The notes under the pieces: generated by a model | Told to the model about the DNA's origin: nothing | Database searches by the model: none | What the model saw: the letters and a program-made list of their open reading frames with translations, nothing else | NCBI RefSeq assembly: GCF_009914755.1 | Contig: NC_060947.1 | Direction: 5' to 3' (one strand) | Length of the DNA: 64,000 nt | Source: the human T2T-CHM13v2.0 reference genome, Homo sapiens | In this document: positions 57,801 to 64,000 of the stretch, piece after piece | Layout: the number at the start of each line of letters is the position of its first letter | Numbering within the stretch: the stretch's first letter is position 1 | Position numbers and translations under genes: made by a program

Positions 57801-59398
57801 ACATCCGTGTATCTCTCTGCATGTGTTTTTAAAGTACTTGGGACATTGAGTTACTGAGCTTTGACTCTGGGTCTAAAAAGGACACCAAGTCCTGCTAAAT
57901 TTTAAATGCTGACAGCAATTAAAGCCCCATCTTCACACCCCATAGAAAATGCCCATCAAAATAAACTGTATTCCTGAGACACAGGGCCAGAAATTAAAGC
58001 TATTTCAACTCAAGGCCCAGGTACTGTTGTGGAAGAGGTGGGAGTGTGAGATTGTGTGAGCATATTTTGAAAGATAAAATAAATTCAGTTTCTCTATAAA
58101 TTAATCATTAATGTTAAAGGCACACTGATGCAAGACCAGCATATTGGCCCCTGCGTCAAATTAACAAGATTTTCTTGAAGCATTAACCAATTCTTTAATA
58201 AAGGTTATAAAGGTTGTAAAAGGCTTATGGAAGTTATATCTTATGGTCAAGATTAAAATTTTATAGATTGTATATAAAATTTTGAAAAACAAATCTAATT
58301 GGCTTCCTGCTGTTTCTATTAGGGCTTATCATTTGGAATATTAAGCCTTCTCTCTCAAAGAATGAAGGTTTATGCCATTATTTGAAATCCTTGAATTATC
58401 ACTTTGCTTAAATGAATGACTTATTTTACAATGGCCTGTGATCCCATTTTGTGATATCAAGTGTTTTAAACCTTTGATATTTGACAAACTTTCCAAAATC
58501 AAATTATACATTATGCCTTTTTCTGACCTAATGAATCCTTTAAGATATTAGGTTCCCTGAAGTCTAAAAATGACATAATTAGGCTTATTTAGTGTAGAAA
58601 TTATACAGGAAGCATTGTCAAATGTGAAATGATGTTTGGTTTTCTTTAGGCTATATTTGTTTAAATATGTTATTAGTATGTGTTCCAAAATTATGGGAAA
58701 CTCCTATAATTCTGATATAATTTAGTGTATATTATCAGTAAAAATTATAATTGTTATGGTAAATTATTGTGTGCCACAGAGGTAACAAATTACCTTTTCA
58801 ATTGTTTCTTTGACTACGGCTCCCCTAAAACTTTTGTCATCCATAGAAAATTGTCTTGCTTTGGTCCTTCTCTAGAAGGTGGTTTTACAATCGGCTATAA
58901 AACTCTTAACAGGTGCTCTTGAATGCAGGTTTCTGATAACTTTGGAGATTGTGACATCAGAGTAGAGAAAAAACTTCCAGGACTCATTTAGAGCTAAAAT
59001 GTTCATGAATATCAAGCAGAACAGGAATTAACCGCATGGAGTAAACTAATATTTTTCTACTTTTTGCTTAAAATATTGCTGATCCTTTGTTTTGTTTTTC
59101 AGAGTCTTGGAACTTTTGAGCTATTGACAGCTTTTAACAATTTAGTATACTCCTATGAATAAAATTTGGAGCATATTTGTTTCTCTCAGCCTGATTTCTC
59201 CAGAATTTGGAGACTATTTGTGTTTTTAACTTATGGCAATACTGTTATTTGCATAAGTGCAATAAGAATCTGTTTTCATTTGTAACAGGGCACAGTTGGA
59301 GAAACTGGTTGTTTTACTATGGCTTTGACTGGAATGGTGTGCTTTTCTTTAAGAAATCAAACTTGACATATGGAGCCAAGAAAAGCCACTGGGAAAAC

Positions 59399-59460
59399 TG
59401 AACATATTTCATGTACACAGTCCCTGTACATGAACATATTTCATGTACACAGTCCCTGTA
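59399..59460. repeat. Perfect 32-bp tandem duplication
   Basis: TGAACATATTTCATGTACACAGTCCCTGTA(CA) twice. Confidence 0.95.
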
Positions 59461-60745
59461 GAGGGTTTCTGACCTATGGTAAGTAAAGAATGTTACTTTC
59501 TGACAGGCCCAGGAGCCCCAGGTTTATATTGAAATCTCAAGAGGAGAGGATCACCCAACCTCATAGATATTTGATGGCACAAAAACATGGCTGGACTGGG
59601 CTTTTAAAAAGTTTTATCTGAGGTCCTTTCTATGGAACAAACTTCCAGCAAAGCCTATTTAAAAACCTATGTAAAAAGTATTCTTGCTGCACTGTATACA
59701 AATAATTAGGCCAAGTATAATAAAACTAACCAGTCCTACCATGATTTATCTTTAGCAAAAATGGGAAACTGGAGAGAGAGAAGTTATGTTTCAAAAATTA
59801 TAGTACCCTTGTTGTTAGATTCTAGTCTTGTCCAATGTTTTTCACATTTTATTATTTTCTACAGTTTAGACAGAATTCTAATTTTTCTTGGCTATGAGTC
59901 TTTGAAATAATGTTTTCTTTTTTTTTTTTTTTTGCTTTTTTCCCATTTTTTTCTAATTTGGAGTCACTGAAAACTAAGCTGTGTTTTTGTAAAGCCCTGT
60001 GAATTGAAACTAGAAAACTTAAACTTCAGAAGAAAATAACAGCAACCTATTTATTTATACAAGCCACTTTCATAACTGCCTACTGATGTATAGACTTCAG
60101 AGTAAAGTGGCCTATATAAATTTTCCAGGATTGTCCTTTGGTTTGTTGTTGTTCTTCTCCCTCTCTCCCCCTATTTTCTCTTCATAGGACACTGTAAGGT
60201 ATTCTGTTACTGGCTGGATCTCAGTGCCTTAGAGTAAATGGCAAGCTGAATGTCATCCAGTTCACAAGATTCTAATCATGACTGGCTGGCATTTATAGGT
60301 CATGCCAATAAAGGAGTTAAAAAATGACAAATGTAACTGGATCAGAGAGCATCTGTCTCCCATTCACTATCAATTAGAAACAAAATTATAGATTCCGAAT
60401 TTTTTTCTAAATTGGTATGTATTTCAAATTTCTATACCCACCAAAACAGTCTCTGCAATGCAATTAGAAAAGGTATTTGAAAACTCATTTAGGACGAGGA
60501 GAGAAGGCAACTTTATTTTCTCTATATATGCATTTCTAGATGTTTTTTGCAGTCTTTCTTTCCAAAGCTTAATATTTTCCTCTTAATAAAGATAGACTTG
60601 AGTGAAGAAGAGGAAACAAATTTTTAACTTGGCTTCCAAAGACGCAATACAGCATGAAGAAAAATGGGTGAAGGATTTGAGCTCTTTGTGAACAATTATG
60701 ACAAAGCTAAATCTTGTGGAATGTTTCAATTCCTTTCTTTTGAAT

Positions 60746-61314
60746 TGTTACTGACAAAGCCAGTCCCCCAAAATATAGAGTCTTTCCCTGTTTGGTGTTG
60801 CAAAGTCAATAAATAAAACTGAAAGTGAGTGCCAAGAAATACAGGGTTTATTTAATGGCCATGGAATTGAGAAGTGAGAATATGGTTCACAAATCAACTT
60901 CTCCACTAGTGAGGGGTGAGAGAGTTAAAATATAGGACTTCTCTAATGAAGGGGCTGGACATTAAAAGCAAGTGGGGAATATTTATGTCTTTTCTAGAAA
61001 TGGACGGTGAACTTCCCAGAACCTGAGTGTTACCTTCCTTTTGTCTTTTCATAACTTCTTCTGGTCACTGTCATGGCAATTGTCAATTGTCATGGCACTG
61101 GTGGGAGTGACATTTAGCATGCAAATTAGATTATAATGAAGCCTGAGGTCTTTTTGTAGTCATTTGGTTTGCTATCTTAGTTCTAACCCGTCTCAGCTGG
61201 TCTGGTTGCCATGAGGACTTTTTGTCGCAGGTGTCATGTTTCTTAAAAATAAGCAGAGTTAGGGCAGGGTAGAAATTTAGCTATGTCATATAATAGGCAT
61301 TACACTGGGTAACA
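60746..61314 (-). mobile_element. ERV1-class solo LTR (MER4-group/MER57-related; family not certain)
   Basis: Inverted termini TGTTAC...GTAACA and the TGTCATGGCACTGGTGGGAGTG..TTTAGCATGCAAAT motif typical of ERV1 LTRs. No clean TSD. Confidence 0.7.
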
Positions 61315-61579
61315 ATATCAATGACTGGTTAAAATTTAGTGATATATTTTAACTGTTAATAAACATAGTCCTGTGTGTTATGGAGGCACACCTAAACAAT
61401 ATAAAAATTAGTTTCTGTCCCTGCAGAAGAAAATAATGAGATTTGAGAGAGAAGGAGGAACATTTAAAGATAAACTAATCAATAAGTACAGATTCATATT
61501 TGGCACTGGGAAATGAATGTAAATGGAGTTCTTAGTGAACAGAAGGGGGATCAATCATGGAAGGCTTTTGAAATAACTG

Positions 61580-61830
61580 TTGAATTTCTTACCTTCTATC
61601 CAAACCTACCACCAGGACACTAGTCCAGTTGGCCATTGTTTCACATAGGCTACTGAAAGAGATGCCTAACTTGTGTTAATTTCCCTTGTTCTGCATCCCT
61701 ATTGATTCCCCACATGGTAGTCAAACTAGATTTTCTACAATATAAATTTTATACACTTGTCACTCCCTTTCTTAAACCCTTATAGAGCTTCTCATTTCTT
61801 CCAGGATAAAATTCCAGCTCCTTATCATCT
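61580..61830 (+). mobile_element. L2 relic
   Basis: CTAGTCCAG..GCCATTGTTTC, TGTCACTCCCTTTCTTAAACCCTT, CAGGATAAAATTCCAGCTCCTTA. Confidence 0.6.
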
Positions 61831-61919
61831 GCCTCCCACAAAACCTCAAAAAAATTCTTTTATGGTATGATCATAAAAAGCCTATTTATTCTTCCTTATG
61901 TCTTATTTTTCCCATTTTT

Positions 61920-62535
61920 TATATCTACTTAACAAATATTTATTTAACACCTACTATGTGTCTGTTTTACATGCTGTTTACAAAGCACTGTTTTACATGC
62001 TGAAGATACAACAGATATAAAAACATTTAAAAAATATTCTATACTCACTAACATTACATTCAAGTAAACAGTGGAAGAACATACACAAAAATAAGTACCT
62101 AAAGCATTTAAGTTCCCAGATGGTGATAAATTCTGTGTAGAAAAAGCATGGAAGAGGCATTGAAAGCATCAATATAAAAGGGTTACAATTAAAAGTAAAG
62201 CATGACTAAAGAGGTGACATTTAACAAAAGACTTAAAAGAAGTACAGCTATGTAGATGAAGTGCATTCCAGGAACAGGAAACTGCAAGTTCAAAACCTCT
62301 TGGGCAAAATATTTTTTGATATATGTAAGAAAGAGCAAGGGGTCAGTGTGGTTGGAGAAGCATGAGTGAGGGTGACAGTAATAGGTGAGATGGTCAGAGA
62401 GGGGGCAGTTTGTATAGGACCCTGTGGGCCATTATGATAACTTGGCTTTTCTTCCTAGTGAACTGGCTAGCCATCACACATTTTGAGAAAAAAAAATGAT
62501 ATGATCTGACTTGACTTGCTTTTTAAATCTTGTTT
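61920..62535 (-). mobile_element. L2a-like 3' relic
   Basis: AACAAATATTTATTTAACACCTACTATGTG...GGTGACATTT...CATTCCAGG...GATATGATCTGACTT. Confidence 0.8.
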
Positions 62536-62544
62536 CAGGATGTT

Positions 62545-62918
62545 GGAGCAAGGTGGTGGAATAGAAAGCTCCACCGATCATCCTCCCCAGAAAGACGTCA
62601 ATGTAACAACTATCTACACAGATGAAACACTTTCATAAGAACCAAAAATCAAATGAGTACTTATAGCACCTGGTTTTAGCTTCATATTGCTGAAAGAGGC
62701 ACTGAAGAGATAAACAGTCCTGAATCTCTGATGCTACCCTTCCCCCATGCCCTGCAGTGGTGTTGTGGTGTCTAGAGCATCTTTGGGCACTGAGGGAGGG
62801 AGAACACAGAAATTGTAAGGCACTGAATGCGGTGCTATCCTGTTAGAGCAGTAAGGAAAGTCAGACCAAATTCAGCTGATGCCTGCCTAAAGGATAATTT
62901 AAACCAGCCCTAGCCAGT
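62545..62918 (+). mobile_element. Isolated L1M 5' UTR start (same family as the 5' end at 3461)
   Basis: GGAGCAAGGTGGTGGAATAGAA...CATAAGAACCAAAAATCAAATGAG...ACCTGGTTTTAGCTTCATAT.GCTGAAAGAGGCACTGAAGAG aligns with ~3467-3855. Confidence 0.85.
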
Positions 62919-62924
62919 TGGTTG

Positions 62925-63560
62925 CCTGTGAAAGAATATAGACCCAGAATTTTTTCTTTAGTTGGAGATTTTTGTGTAAAATTTTTAAAATGGATATGAA
63001 ACTATTCAGGGTATCTATTTCTTTCTGGAGTAAGTTTTGGTAGTTTGTTTCTTTGAGTAAATTAGTCTATTTGTTCTGAAATGTAAAATTAATGGGCATA
63101 AAGTTGTTCTTAATATTCTACTTTTATTCTTTAAATATCTGTAGGCTCTATTGTAATGTTCTGCCTTGTGTTTCTCATATAGTTGATTTATATATTTTTT
63201 CTTTTTTAATCGTGATAGAAATGTATGAATTTACTAATCTTTTCAAAAAGTCTTTGAGTTACTTTATTGATTTTCTGCTTTCATTTTCATTGATTGGTGA
63301 TATTATCTATATTGTTTCATTCTGTCTGATTGCTTTGGATTTATTTTGCTCTTAGTTTTCTAATTTTTTAATGTGAAACTTTAGGTCATCGATTTGAGGC
63401 ATTTATTTATTTTTTTTAGCATGAGCATTTAATACTATAAATTGATCTTAAAGCACTGCCTTACTTTGCATTCCAGATATTTTGAATTGTGTTTTAATTT
63501 ACATTGAACTATTAATATTTTTAAACTTTCCTTGGGACTCTGCTTTGACCCATGAGTTAC
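62925..63560 (-). mobile_element. Old L1M ORF2 fragment
   Basis: T-rich antisense L1 motifs CTATTCAGG.TATCTATTTCTT, AGTTTTGGTAGTTTGT, GATTTATTTTGCTCTT and CTTTGACCCATGAGTTA. Confidence 0.7.
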
Positions 63561-63631
63561 TTTTTCCCTGGATAAGATAGATATTTAATGAATTTATATT
63601 GAGAATAAAAAAAAAGTTGAGCTAGTGGATT

Positions 63632-64000
<369 letters not shown>

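Larger units (their letters stand above)
52427..60192 (+). mobile_element. MER4-int non-autonomous ERV1 internal region, split by an L1 and lacking a 3' LTR
   Basis: Directly follows the LTR as AT-rich non-coding MER4-group internal sequence. Continuous across the L1 TSD. Ends near 60190 with no second LTR copy. Confidence 0.8.

Noticed and set aside
60746-61314. 3' LTR of the MER4A1 provirus
   Set aside because: No similarity to the 5' LTR, apparently opposite orientation, and separated from the internal region by ~550 bp of unrelated DNA.

Overview
This is AT-rich, repeat-dense primate genomic DNA, most likely human or another hominoid given AluY and L1PA3-type elements. It looks like a gene desert or a large intron. 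I can support no protein-coding gene, RNA gene or CRISPR array. The recognisable ORFs in the track are decayed LINE-1, Alu or MaLR fragments and the rest look like chance ORFs. The main elements are: the 5' part of an L1PB (-); a nearly full-length L1MA2-like LINE (+, ~7.6 kb); an L1PA3 (-) with a short 3' transduction nested in an L1MC4-like relic; five Alus; a two-LTR THE1 element inside a MIR; an MLT2A solo LTR; a MER4A1 ERV1 provirus that lacks its 3' LTR and carries a nested L1PA7/8; a second ERV1 solo LTR; a MER45-type hAT element; and many MIR/L2 relics. The signals these repeats do not explain are a recent 274-bp non-tandem duplication (271/274 identical, 1506 bp apart), four separate hairpin/fold-back micro-rearrangements, a ~100-bp AT-rich palindrome, strong CTCF motifs and a possible ancient hAT transposase relic. 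I found no convincing new biological system. Subfamily names come from recalled diagnostic motifs, not from a database search, and the ends of old elements are approximate.
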